From Pirellulaceae bacterium (GTDB lineage Bacteria; Planctomycetota; Planctomycetia; Pirellulales; Pirellulaceae), in assembly GCA_041751935.1 (NCBI GenBank), contig JBGSIA010000057.1:1-64000 (forward strand): 64,000 nt of DNA, written 5' to 3'. A model generated the notes under the pieces. The model worked only from the letters and a program-made list of their open reading frames with translations. It was not told the origin of the DNA and did not search any database. The translations under genes and the position numbers were made by a program. Positions 48,148-57,614 of this stretch are shown one piece after another; within the stretch, counting starts at the first letter, position 1, and each line of letters opens with the position of its first letter.

Positions 48148-48912
48148 ATGAATCTTGGCAGCAATCTTCCGAAGGTTAAAGAACTACAATGGGACAGTGA
48201 GTTTTTCGGCTTTCGTGTCGCCTGTCTTAGGAATTGCAACGATACGCGTTCGGCAAGGTCGCTTATTTACCAGGCTTTACAATCCGGCATAAAGCTAGTT
48301 TACCTATCCGTTGATATTGACAATGCAAAAAATCTCGCGTCGTTCAAAACGGCATTCGCGTCAAGGCATGTTGTTGACCATCTGAAATATCGCTACCGGA
48401 TCCCTTCGGCAGCTCAGTCGCCCATAGGCGACTTGCCCAGCCGCTGGGCTGTCCACCGCTATGCTCAGGGAAATGCCGACGAATCGCTTGTAAAATTGGC
48501 ATTGCAAGCTGGATCACGCTCGCGATTTAACGTAGACGCCAAATTTGGGAAAGTAGTTTTCGAAAAACTTTACGAAACCTGGATTCATCGCAGTTGTCGT
48601 CGTGAGATTGCTGACACCGTCGAAGTAATCGAAGATGAAAGCGGCGAAGCTGTTGGCCTGGTCACTCTGCGTGTAGCAGGGAATTGTTGTAGTATTGGAT
48701 TAATCGCAGTATCGCCAGAATACCATGGTCGCGGTCTTGGAAAACTCCTGATTGACCGAGTGATCTGCTATGCGACTCAGCACGGGTGTAAAGAAGTATC
48801 CGTCGTGACGCAAGCGGAAAATAGTCCGGCAATTCACCTGTACGAGTCATGCGGGTTTGTATGCTGCGAGAAGAACGCCTGGTTTCATTTTTGGAATGAA
48901 GTGGAACGATGA
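48148..48912 (+). CDS. wecD: GNAT acetyltransferase, WecD/RffC-like dTDP-fucosamine N-acetyltransferase
   Basis: The C-terminal GNAT core is 'GLIAVSPEYHGRGLGKLLID...VTQAENSPAIHLYESCGF'. Its position between wecE and wecF homologs mirrors the ECA operon. Confidence 0.6.
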   Translation: MNLGSNLPKVKELQWDSEFFGFRVACLRNCNDTRSARSLIYQALQSGIKLVYLSVDIDNAKNLASFKTAFASRHVVDHLKYRYRIPSAAQSPIGDLPSRWAVHRYAQGNADESLVKLALQAGSRSRFNVDAKFGKVVFEKLYETWIHRSCRREIADTVEVIEDESGEAVGLVTLRVAGNCCSIGLIAVSPEYHGRGLGKLLIDRVICYATQHGCKEVSVVTQAENSPAIHLYESCGFVCCEKNAWFHFWNEVER

Positions 48913-50087
48913 ACTCATTCATTCATTTAATACCCGATGACCCCAAGTTTGTAGCATACATAGTCGAATACTTTAGTGCAGTAGTTCCGCATCGCCATCG
49001 GTACGTGTTAATGGGCAGTCGCAGTGACCACTATCACGCTTATCCTCATTTGCTTTACCATAACGAGGAAGTAAACAAAGTTTTCGAATTGACAAAGGAC
49101 GCTAGGGGTGTAATAACGCATGGAATGTACGGGAATCAGGTCAGCGTTATCAACCAATTGTCAGCGACCGTACCTGTTGCCTGGATCCCATTTGGAGCCG
49201 AGTACCACGACAATTTACCCGAGTTCAAATGTCGCTTGCTGTTCAAAAAAACAGAAAGTCTTAAGTACGCCGAAGTTGAACTGCGATCCAGTAACAGATT
49301 GCGAAGATTGTTGAGGTCCTGCAGAGGCTGTCTCCAGCGTATGCAGTCGAGTCGAGTAAGGAATCGTCAATACTCGGCAATTCGTCAAGCGATGCAGCGA
49401 GCCAATGTGATCGGATTGTTTCTTGAAGAAGAATTCGAGCTACTTCGTGCAAAACTCAACGTCAGCGCGAAGTGGAGCTGGTTTACTTATTACAACATTT
49501 TGGATACTGTCGGTTCCGAGCTGATTGACCAGAACGCATCTGGCAATGATGTTCTAGTCGGAAACTCAAGCGACCCATCAAACAACCACGTCGAGGCAAT
49601 AGATTTACTGGTACAGCATCGTAATCATTTTGATCGTGCGATTGTTCCCCTAAGCTATGGTGACCCAAACTACCGAGAAAGGATACTTGACTATGGATTG
49701 AAACAATTGAACGATCAATTCGCTCCACTTACTCAGTTTGTCGAGCGGACGGAATACAACCGTTTGCTTTTGTCATGCAAGGTAGCAATCATGAATCATC
49801 GACGGCAACAAGCGGTCGGCAATGTGATTACTCTGCTTTGGCTAGGGGCGAAGGTCTATATGACTAACGAGAGCACTGTGTTTCAGTATTTCAAGCGTCA
49901 AGGCCTGTGCGTGTTTTCAATTGAAGACGATCTCCTTGGTTCGACGGATCCAGCTTCTGCTTTTGCAGGACTCAGTATCCAGCAAGTAGGATCAAACCGT
50001 TCGCGTCTGGAACAACTGTTTTCGCGATCAGCCGTCATTTCTGGAGCAGTCAATCTTATCGACGATCTGGAACGAGTGAATTCTTGA
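48909..50087 (+). CDS. wecF: WecF/RffT-like 4-alpha-L-fucosyl(Fuc4NAc) transferase (GT56)
   Basis: 'IHLIPDDPKF' compares with E. coli 'IHVLGSDIPHHN', and 'VLVGNSSDPSNNHVEAIDLL' with '[20 protein letters not shown]'. ATG overlaps the wecD stop as ATGA. Confidence 0.65.
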   Translation: MNSFIHLIPDDPKFVAYIVEYFSAVVPHRHRYVLMGSRSDHYHAYPHLLYHNEEVNKVFELTKDARGVITHGMYGNQVSVINQLSATVPVAWIPFGAEYHDNLPEFKCRLLFKKTESLKYAEVELRSSNRLRRLLRSCRGCLQRMQSSRVRNRQYSAIRQAMQRANVIGLFLEEEFELLRAKLNVSAKWSWFTYYNILDTVGSELIDQNASGNDVLVGNSSDPSNNHVEAIDLLVQHRNHFDRAIVPLSYGDPNYRERILDYGLKQLNDQFAPLTQFVERTEYNRLLLSCKVAIMNHRRQQAVGNVITLLWLGAKVYMTNESTVFQYFKRQGLCVFSIEDDLLGSTDPASAFAGLSIQQVGSNRSRLEQLFSRSAVISGAVNLIDDLERVNS

Positions 50088-50122
50088 ATGGATTGTATTG
50101 AGAAACGAATTACCGGGTTTGT

Positions 50123-51145
50123 TTATGCAGCGGTCCGGGTAAATTTTGGTCGAAAATACCTAGAGAGCAATCGTAGCACTGCACCAAACGTTCTCGTTGA
50201 CAAACGTGCTCCAGGGTCCTCAAGCATCTTGCGAAAAATTTTTGTCGATGAGCGAAAAGGGGACTGATCGAAATCGTCAAGTAATTCAACTAAGTATTGG
50301 TGCCACGGTTGTCGACGGCGGCCCAAGCGAGAAGCGTAAGCGAGGTGTGGAGGGAGCATTTTCTCCAGCTTCGTTCGAATTAGATCGCTCTCAAGCTTGA
50401 ATCGATTGTCAGTATTTGAGTCTTTGGCCGATTCAACGACTGTTTTAGATTGGTCATGAATCCGAAAAATCGCCCCCACGGTATCCGAGTAAAAGACGCA
50501 GGGACTCGCTGCGAGATAGCGGATCAGGAGGTCCCAGTCGAATCCGTAATTTAAGTTTCTGTCGATTCCGCCACAGGCCAGCAATAGATTGGTGCGATAC
50601 CATATGCCCGGCTGGCTGAAAGAGTAGCGGTCGTCCCGCAATATGCTTTCGGCGTTGAGATTGTAGTTTTTCATCAAGTATGGCCGATGTGAGTTGCCTT
50701 CGACGGATACGGGAAAAGTGTAAAGGTCGACGTCCTGCTTCATGTTCTGGCCCAATTCGCGAAGCACACCGGGCCGTAAATAATCGTCCGAGTTGATCCA
50801 GTTAAATACATCACCATTTGCCAATTTGATTCCTTTGCAGATCGCATCGGACTGGCCCTCATCGCTTTCGCGAATTACGCAAGAAATATACTCGGAATAC
50901 CTGTCGAGAATCTCATGACTGTTATCAGTGCTACCTCCATCGACGACTATGTATTGAAGATTGGGGTAGTCTTGTAACAAGATCGAACGAATCGTCGCTT
51001 CGAGGTAGTTACCTTGATTGAAGCTTGGGGTAACGATGGTCACTGACGGGAGGTTTGCCTCTCGCAATTCATGGACGTTTCGTTGCTCGGATTCCCAGGG
51101 CCAACCGCAAAGTTTCTTGGGGGGGGCGGGGAGTGGTAGTTGCAT
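50123..51145 (-). CDS. Glycosyltransferase family 2
   Basis: 'VTIVTPSFNQGNYLEATIRSILLQDYPNLQYIVVDGGSTD' is the GT2 DxD region. The start is the internal ATG at 51145 (MQLPLP); the longer 51304 start would overlap the divergent gene. Confidence 0.7.
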   Translation of the reverse strand: MQLPLPAPPKKLCGWPWESEQRNVHELREANLPSVTIVTPSFNQGNYLEATIRSILLQDYPNLQYIVVDGGSTDNSHEILDRYSEYISCVIRESDEGQSDAICKGIKLANGDVFNWINSDDYLRPGVLRELGQNMKQDVDLYTFPVSVEGNSHRPYLMKNYNLNAESILRDDRYSFSQPGIWYRTNLLLACGGIDRNLNYGFDWDLLIRYLAASPCVFYSDTVGAIFRIHDQSKTVVESAKDSNTDNRFKLESDLIRTKLEKMLPPHLAYASRLGRRRQPWHQYLVELLDDFDQSPFRSSTKIFRKMLEDPGARLSTRTFGAVLRLLSRYFRPKFTRTAA

Positions 51146-51258
51146 CACTGTTTCCTCTTCAGCAAAGTATCGACGAGATCTAAGTGTACTGATATTCTTT
51201 GCTAGTGTGGCTAGATTTCGAGAGTCATTTATCTTTCCCGTTCTGCTGAGAAATATTG

Positions 51259-51969
51259 ATGAAATCCATCGCCCATTCGGATGTGGAAGAGTTGAAGGCC
51301 GCAAAAAAGCGACTTTATCCTTCGCTGCTTAACGACCGTTACTATCTGTTGACACAATACCGAAAGTGTTTGCAAGTGCTAATCGACAGTCAGTCGTTAG
51401 TCGAGTCGGCGACCATTGTCGACTTCGGGTGCGGCGAGATGCCCTATCGCAGCCTTTTTCCGGATTCCTGTCATTATATTGGTGCCGATATTGCAAGTAA
51501 CTCCAATGCCAATACTCTGGTGAGCGAAAAAGGCACCGTTGAATTGCCTGATGCGTCGGCGGATCTAGTGCTTTCACTTCAAGTGTTGGAGCATGTAGCC
51601 GACACGAAAAGCTATCTCGCAGAGTGCCACCGATTGCTAAAGCCTCAGGGGGCTCTAATTCTTACGACTCATGGCCATTGGATGTATCATCCGCACCCTA
51701 CGGATTTCTGGCGTTGGACTGCGGATGGATTGGATTTAACACTTTCTAATAGCGGATTTGACGTCGTTCACATTTCTGGGGTGCTTAGCCTCGCCGCGAC
51801 AGGTGCTAATTTATTCCAGGATGGCTGGATGCCGCGGCTGCCTCGAGTAATGAAGATGCCGTTTGGGCTTTTCATGCAATCGGTGATCGCATTGAGCGAC
51901 TGGCTTGCACCAAGCGCTGCAGGGCCAACTGACTGCGCGACACTACTGACACTATCCAAGCGCGTTTGA
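51259..51969 (+). CDS. Class I SAM-dependent methyltransferase
   Basis: 'VDFGCGEMPY' is motif I, with 'LVLSLQVLEHV' and 'LLKPQGALIL' downstream. Confidence 0.65.
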   Translation: MKSIAHSDVEELKAAKKRLYPSLLNDRYYLLTQYRKCLQVLIDSQSLVESATIVDFGCGEMPYRSLFPDSCHYIGADIASNSNANTLVSEKGTVELPDASADLVLSLQVLEHVADTKSYLAECHRLLKPQGALILTTHGHWMYHPHPTDFWRWTADGLDLTLSNSGFDVVHISGVLSLAATGANLFQDGWMPRLPRVMKMPFGLFMQSVIALSDWLAPSAAGPTDCATLLTLSKRV

Positions 51970-52024
51970 GAGGAGTGATTCCCAGCATCAGCCGTCGCAT
52001 AGTGCTTCGGTAAATTAATTCCGC

Positions 52025-53191
52025 TCAGGCATCAAGGCCACTGGGCCAGCAACGACGAAAGCTGGCTATCTGGTCAAATACCTTCAAGAGTGATTCCACG
52101 TATTGATTCATGTTGAGATTTTCGACTCGGGCCACTCCTCGATCGATATATTTTTGACGTTCTGTCGGACTGCTGAGTAGTCGCTGAATCGCTATCGCCA
52201 TCTCTTGTTCGTTTGTCGGAGCGACAAGGATAGCGGCCTCACCCAGTTGTTCGCTCGCGCCTGGGACTGCCGAAGCAATAACTGGGCAAGCCAGACGCAT
52301 CGCTTCGATGGGAGGCAGATTGTCGGGGCCGAATAAACTTGCAAAAACTAGAGAGACTGCATTGCTGTATAGCCAGCGCATCTCAGCATCTGTAACGAAC
52401 CCTGGATACAATACATCCACATCCAATGCTTCAGCGGTAGAGCGAATGTAATTTAGGGTGCAGTATCGATCGAGGCTTGATGAGCCAGGAAAGACAGCTT
52501 GGATATAAGTTCCAAAGTCGTCCTTCAGCCGACGCATTGCTCGCAGAATCGTAATGTGATTCTTGTGCGGCCAGAACTGTGCCGGGTAGATAACGAAAGG
52601 TTGGCCAGGCGCCCATGAAGGACGCACGGCTTCGGTCGTTATGAGGGCCTCTGGAACCGCGAATGGAATAACAGCTATACGTTCGTTTGCCACTCCGTAG
52701 AATCGCTCGACTTCCGCTTTTCCCTGTTCGGTCCCCGTGATCACTGCAGCGGCCCTGCGTAACGTGTTGCAGTAATGGTTTTCACGATTCTGCCACGTCC
52801 ATCCAGTTGTTGAGACTTCTGGAAAAAAGGGTTGCATGCGATGCTGAAGATCCCAGCATGTAACGACGAACGGGAGCTCATCACAGATCGTGCTTGGATG
52901 CGGCGAAAAGAGTAAGTCGATTTCATGTTGTCCAAGAGAATCCTTGAACACCTTTGACTGCGAAGTCGTCAAGTTTAGCCGTTCAAGGAGTAAACGTGAT
53001 CGAGTTACGGGGGCAAGGGGAGGGAGCTGTATGTGTTTTAAGTCAACCGTCTTGTCAGCCGAGTGATTGACTAGGAAAAAATCATGGCTCGACCCCGAAT
53101 TGGCAGCTAATGCGGTGGTGACTTCCGACTCAAACCGAGCGCTACCGCCAAGTTTTGACGAATAGCCAGCAAGGTACACTCCGATTTTCAT
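52025..53191 (-). CDS. Glycosyltransferase family 4 (GT-B, retaining)
   Basis: The C-terminal 'FASLFGPDNLPPIEAMRLACPVIAS' is the GT4 EX7E region. ATG overlaps the upstream stop as ATGA. Confidence 0.75.
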   Translation of the reverse strand: MKIGVYLAGYSSKLGGSARFESEVTTALAANSGSSHDFFLVNHSADKTVDLKHIQLPPLAPVTRSRLLLERLNLTTSQSKVFKDSLGQHEIDLLFSPHPSTICDELPFVVTCWDLQHRMQPFFPEVSTTGWTWQNRENHYCNTLRRAAAVITGTEQGKAEVERFYGVANERIAVIPFAVPEALITTEAVRPSWAPGQPFVIYPAQFWPHKNHITILRAMRRLKDDFGTYIQAVFPGSSSLDRYCTLNYIRSTAEALDVDVLYPGFVTDAEMRWLYSNAVSLVFASLFGPDNLPPIEAMRLACPVIASAVPGASEQLGEAAILVAPTNEQEMAIAIQRLLSSPTERQKYIDRGVARVENLNMNQYVESLLKVFDQIASFRRCWPSGLDA

Positions 53192-54306
53192 GCCGAGTCC
53201 TCTAACGCCGCGATAAGCACTCTGCAAACTTGGCGCACGTCATCATCCTTTAAGCCCAAGCCACTTGGCACGTATAATCCCCTTCGCGCGAGTCGTTCAG
53301 CAACCGGATAGTGTTCGCCATCAAATAGCTTCATGGATTTGAAGATAGGTTGTTCGTGCATCGGCCAAAAGAATGGTCGTGTTCCAATTTGTGCTTCGCC
53401 AAGACGTGCTGCGAGTTCTTTAGCCGAAAGAGTTACTGTTTCATCAAGAACAAGTCCAAATACCCAATAGATGTTTTCTGCATAGCGAGAAGATGCTTGG
53501 GGCAAGGTAATACCCGGCGCCTCGGAGAGCAGATTGTGATACAAGCGACCTATTTCTCGCTTTCGCTGGACATGCGGTTCCAGACGCTCCAATTGCGCCA
53601 ATCCAAGTGCGGCTTGCATATTGGTCATGCGATAGTTCCATCCTAGTTCGTCATGGATAAAACGCTGTTTGGGTTGGAAGCAGAGGTTGCGTAGTCGGCG
53701 GCAGTGTTCAGCAATTTCGTCGTCGTCTGTAACAACCATACCACCTTCACCACAGGTGATGTGTTTGTTCGGGTAAAAGCTAAACGTGCTAATAAGTCCA
53801 AAATTTCCGCAGGGCCGATCTCGATAAGTTTGACCATGCATTTCCGCAGCATCTTCAATTACTTTCAGTCCATAACGTGCCGCAATATCAAGTATTCGGT
53901 CCATATCTGCGGGCAGGCCATAGATATGCACAACTAAAATAGCTTTAGTCTTGCTGGAAATTTTTGCTTCGATTTGATCTACATCCATGTTCCATGTCAG
54001 CGGATCGCTATCGACGAGCTTTGGGACACCGCCTGCGCGAACGACGGATGCGGCTGGCGAGATGATCGTAAACGTAGGCATGATTACTTCGTCGCCGGGG
54101 CCAATTCCAGCCGCTGCGACTGCAATGTCGAGTGCTCCCGAGCCATTTGCACATGATATGCCATGGCGTCGACCGACATGGCCTGCGAAGGCCTCTTCGA
54201 ATTTACTGACGAATGGCCCCTCGCTACTAATCCAGCCGGAATCGATACATTCGATGAGATACTTTTTCTCGTTGCCGTCCAATAGAGGTGTGTTGACCGG
54301 AATCAT
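53188..54306 (-). CDS. DegT/DnrJ/EryC1/StrS-family PLP sugar aminotransferase (nucleotide-sugar 3- or 4-aminotransferase)
   Basis: 'GDEVIMPTFTIISPA', 'HIYGLPADMD' and 'FSFYPNKHITCGEGG' hold the PLP-Lys region. Confidence 0.8.
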   Translation of the reverse strand: MIPVNTPLLDGNEKKYLIECIDSGWISSEGPFVSKFEEAFAGHVGRRHGISCANGSGALDIAVAAAGIGPGDEVIMPTFTIISPAASVVRAGGVPKLVDSDPLTWNMDVDQIEAKISSKTKAILVVHIYGLPADMDRILDIAARYGLKVIEDAAEMHGQTYRDRPCGNFGLISTFSFYPNKHITCGEGGMVVTDDDEIAEHCRRLRNLCFQPKQRFIHDELGWNYRMTNMQAALGLAQLERLEPHVQRKREIGRLYHNLLSEAPGITLPQASSRYAENIYWVFGLVLDETVTLSAKELAARLGEAQIGTRPFFWPMHEQPIFKSMKLFDGEHYPVAERLARRGLYVPSGLGLKDDDVRQVCRVLIAALEDSA

Positions 54307-54316
54307 GGAAAAACTG

Positions 54317-55105
54317 TTAGTTGATTTTTTTCGCTACGAAAGTAATTCCCCAGGTATTGCAACTGGGCGCGGCGCCGCTAAGCCACTCTTCCTGGTGGAC
54401 GATTTTAAGTCCGTTCCGCTCAGCGATCCATTCCAACTCGGGTGTGAAATAGTATCGCATGAGGTGATGTTCAGAAAAACGAGAGACACGTCCAGTTTCG
54501 CGATCGGTGACAATAATCTCATAGTGCACATCAACACAATTGCGGTTAACGTTCTGCACAGGTTCCGCAATTCGCAGAACGTCAATTGCGTCAGACGACA
54601 TTCGCTTCACCCGAACGGCTGGTCTTTCGCTGAGTACCGCTGGCCCATACCAAACATCAAACAAAAATATGCCTGATGGTTTCAGGTGCAACGCGGCTGT
54701 CTCAAACATCGCCGCAACATCTTCATTTGTTGTTTGATAGCTGACGACGTGAAACAGAGCGAGCACAGCGTCATAGCGTGTCTCGCTGCGAAATGCTTTT
54801 GCGTCGCCGAGAAGTACATGCAAAGATCCGGTGGCATTTGCTTGTGAGGCGGGTTCGACACTCAACGATCGTATGATGGCTCGATCATACATCTCTGGAC
54901 TTCGTTCCACGCCGGTGACACGCATGCCCGAGCGAGCTAGCAATTCACCGTGCTTTCCCGTACCACAGCCCAATTCAAGGAGTTCAATGGGGTGATCACC
55001 GAATGAATTCAGCAGCGATAGAATATAAGCGGATTCCGCTTCATAGTTCTTGTCTTGGTAAAGTACGTCGTAGTAGCTGCTGTACAGTCCGAATGGATCA
55101 CTCAC
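54317..55105 (-). CDS. Sugar N,N-dimethyltransferase-like SAM methyltransferase (TylM1/DesVI family)
   Basis: 'YYDVLYQDKNYEAESAYILSLL...LLELGCGTGKHGELLA' matches the TylM1 N-terminus and motif I. The C-terminal region through 'MRYYFTPELEWIAERNGL' keeps the family architecture. The start is GTG at 55105 or TTG at 55138. Confidence 0.6.
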   Translation of the reverse strand: MSDPFGLYSSYYDVLYQDKNYEAESAYILSLLNSFGDHPIELLELGCGTGKHGELLARSGMRVTGVERSPEMYDRAIIRSLSVEPASQANATGSLHVLLGDAKAFRSETRYDAVLALFHVVSYQTTNEDVAAMFETAALHLKPSGIFLFDVWYGPAVLSERPAVRVKRMSSDAIDVLRIAEPVQNVNRNCVDVHYEIIVTDRETGRVSRFSEHHLMRYYFTPELEWIAERNGLKIVHQEEWLSGAAPSCNTWGITFVAKKIN

Positions 55106-55532
55106 GAATGCGAATCCTTTCTGTGGACACTGGTTCAAAGCGTGTCTTGTCTTGGTCGCCGAAGTAGGGACCTTGCTTGACCTCGATAATGACGGACGGT
55201 TCCAGCATTTCTAAGCCGTGGCCTCCAGCGGCGAGCAAGATTACGTCACCGGATGTGAGGATGCTGCTTTCGAGATAATGTTTCCCGTCGGTATAAAAGT
55301 CGACTCGCACTTTGCCTGACTTGATGAGCAGTACTTCTTGCGTCCAGACGACAGCACGTTCTACAGGATTGTGGACATGCGGTTCGATCACATATCCCGT
55401 AGGACGGTTCATGTAGCCAAGTTGTTGAGAAAAAACACTTGGCGTAAAGAATTCAATGCCATCAGAGTGGAAACTTGAGCGAATGATGATTGCTATTGTT
55501 TGGTCGATGTGCTTAATGTGTTCAACGCTCAT
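55098..55532 (-). CDS. Cupin-fold dTDP-4-keto-6-deoxyhexose 3,4-ketoisomerase (FdtA/QdtA/WxcM-like)
   Basis: 144 aa with a HxH metal/catalytic pair in 'EPHVHNPVE' and a cupin beta-core. Its place beside the aminotransferase and methyltransferase supports the call. Confidence 0.5.
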   Translation of the reverse strand: MSVEHIKHIDQTIAIIIRSSFHSDGIEFFTPSVFSQQLGYMNRPTGYVIEPHVHNPVERAVVWTQEVLLIKSGKVRVDFYTDGKHYLESSILTSGDVILLAAGGHGLEMLEPSVIIEVKQGPYFGDQDKTRFEPVSTERIRIRE

Positions 55533-55552
55533 GCCGCAGCCGAATTGTGTTG

Positions 55553-56473
55553 CTAGGTGAATGATGTGGGATTACGTCGCCGCAAGACTGGCCCGGCGAT
55601 TGCCTTGACGCTTTCCGTTAGCCACCAAACGAGCATTTTCGGTTCTATAGTGACGAGCTGCATCAAAAACGCGAATCGATCTTTTTTGAAGGACTGGATT
55701 TGGCTAAGCAATTCCATCACACGATGTTTCCAGTTTACCTTTTGATGGTGTTGTCGCCAGAGTGCCCGATGCTTGCGATAGATGTAGAGACGGCCTTGGA
55801 CATTGCGACGATCGCTTTTGGACATCTGTTCGGCGTGCTGATAATACCGAACTAGCAGTTCGGGCACACTCGAATAGTGGCATTTTTCTGCTAGCCGGAG
55901 ATGCAAATCCCATTCTTGAAAGCTGGGGCAACTTTCGTCCAGGCCACCTACTTCCCGCAAAATTTGCGTGGCAATTAGGGCGGCGTTCATGTCGACGTAG
56001 GTCTGTCCATTGAGGAGCTGTGGGACGATCATCCCCACCGGTGTCCAGGTGAAAGATCCCACGGTAGTTTCTTTGCCCTCCGATTCTTCGACAAGTCGTG
56101 AATGGCAGGTGATGATTGTTGCTGGAGGTTTGTTTATCGCCTGAGAGATCAGTGTTTCGATCATTCGTGGCTCAAGGCAATCGTCTGAATCGAGGAAAAC
56201 AACGTACGTTCCAGTGGCGTGATCAAGCCCAGTGTTGCGGGCTCCGGGCGCCCCTTTGGTGCGCGCATTTACCAACACAATCATCCTCGCATCGGATCGC
56301 ATCAATGCCGTGGCAATCTCGAGTGTTGAGTCTGCGGAGCCATCATCGACAATTAGGAGTTCTAGCTTCGTATGAGTCTGGGCGAGAACGCTATTTATGG
56401 AACGTGCAATTGTCGCTTCCCGATTAAAAGCTGGGACAATGACGGAAACGAGAATGTCCTTAGCGGCGATCAC
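55553..56473 (-). CDS. Glycosyltransferase family 2
   Basis: 'VSVIVPAFNREATIARSINSVLAQTHTKLELLIVDDGSADST...FLDSDD'. GTG start. Confidence 0.75.
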   Translation of the reverse strand: MIAAKDILVSVIVPAFNREATIARSINSVLAQTHTKLELLIVDDGSADSTLEIATALMRSDARMIVLVNARTKGAPGARNTGLDHATGTYVVFLDSDDCLEPRMIETLISQAINKPPATIITCHSRLVEESEGKETTVGSFTWTPVGMIVPQLLNGQTYVDMNAALIATQILREVGGLDESCPSFQEWDLHLRLAEKCHYSSVPELLVRYYQHAEQMSKSDRRNVQGRLYIYRKHRALWRQHHQKVNWKHRVMELLSQIQSFKKDRFAFLMQLVTIEPKMLVWWLTESVKAIAGPVLRRRNPTSFT

Positions 56474-56516
56474 TTGCGCTCCGATACCTTGGCACGTGCC
56501 TGTAGCTCATTCAATT

Positions 56517-56549
56517 AAAAAACCCGGCCTTCTATTGGCCGGGTTTCAG
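56517..56549 (-). terminator. Bidirectional rho-independent terminator (glnII on minus strand)
   Basis: AACCCGGCC-ttctatt-GGCCGGGTT, a 9-bp GC-rich stem, is flanked by an A-tract 5' and T-rich sequence 3' on the plus strand. On the minus strand the T-tract follows the stem. Confidence 0.65.
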
Positions 56550-56588
56550 ATTATCTCATGCTCAAATGTCAAAGATGCCGGTCGGCAC

Positions 56589-57614
56589 CTAGGCCAGGGC
56601 TGGGATCTTGGCGTTTTTGACTGTCGTGACAATTGCGCTGGCTACCATGTAGGGGTCAGCGTTACTTGCCGGACGGCGATCTTCAAGCCAACCTTTCCAG
56701 CCTCTCTGGACCGTGGCGATGGGAATACGGATCGATGCACCTCGATCGGAAACACCGTAGCTGAACTTGTCGATCGACTGCGTTTCGTGCAGGCCAGTCA
56801 AACGCTGGTTGTTGTCCGCACCGTAGACGTCGATGTGTTCCTTGATCCGCGGCTGGAAAGCATTGCAAACAGCATCGTAAACTTCTTTGCTGCCGCAAGT
56901 TCGCAACAGCGTGTTACTGAAGTTCGCATGCATGCCGCTGCCGTTCCAGTCGCCTTTGACCGGTTTGCAGTGCCAATTGATCGACAGACCGTGCTCTTCG
57001 GCGATTCGCTCGAGCAAGTAGCGAGCAACCCAAACTTCATCGCCAGCACGGGCAGCACCCTTAGCGAAAATCTGGAATTCCCACTGGCCGATTAACACTT
57101 CAGCGTTGATGCCTTCGACATTCAAGCCAGCTTCGAGGCACATTTCCAAGTGCTGTTCGACGATCTCTCGGCCGACTGCCTTGCCAGCTCCAACGCTGCA
57201 GTAATACGGTCCCTGGGGCCCAGGTTCACCGTCAGCAGGAAATCCGATTGGCTTTTGCGTTTCAGGATTCCAGATCGTGTATTCCTGCTCAAAGCCAAAC
57301 CAAAAATCGTCATCCGAATCATGGATGGTGGCGCGACCATTGGTCCGGTGTGGTGAGCCGTCCGGATTCATGACTTCGCACATCACCAGAAATCCCGTGC
57401 CACTGCGGCCGGGATCAGGACAGCAAAAAACGGGCTTGAGCAAACAGTCGCTCGAACCACCGGGAGCCTGCTGAGTCGACGATCCATCAAAACACCATTC
57501 TGGGGCGTCTTCAACGTTGCCGCTGAAATCCTCGATGATCTTGGTCTTGCTACGCAGGCTCTGGGTGGGCTGGTAGCCATCGAGCCAAATATATTCCAAC
57601 TTGCATTTGGTCAT
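56589..57614 (-). CDS. glnII: Glutamine synthetase type II (eukaryote-like GSII)
   Basis: 341 aa from the MTKCKLEYIWLDG start. 'GPYYCSVGAG', 'WVARYLLERIAEEHG' and 'DRGASIRIP' are GSII hallmarks. Confidence 0.85.
   Translation of the reverse strand: MTKCKLEYIWLDGYQPTQSLRSKTKIIEDFSGNVEDAPEWCFDGSSTQQAPGGSSDCLLKPVFCCPDPGRSGTGFLVMCEVMNPDGSPHRTNGRATIHDSDDDFWFGFEQEYTIWNPETQKPIGFPADGEPGPQGPYYCSVGAGKAVGREIVEQHLEMCLEAGLNVEGINAEVLIGQWEFQIFAKGAARAGDEVWVARYLLERIAEEHGLSINWHCKPVKGDWNGSGMHANFSNTLLRTCGSKEVYDAVCNAFQPRIKEHIDVYGADNNQRLTGLHETQSIDKFSYGVSDRGASIRIPIATVQRGWKGWLEDRRPASNADPYMVASAIVTTVKNAKIPALA

Noticed and set aside
50088-51304. Long 51304 start of the GT2 gene overlapping the divergent methyltransferase
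   Set aside because: It would create a 49-nt divergent overlap. The internal ATG at 51145 retains the whole GT2 domain and is preferred.
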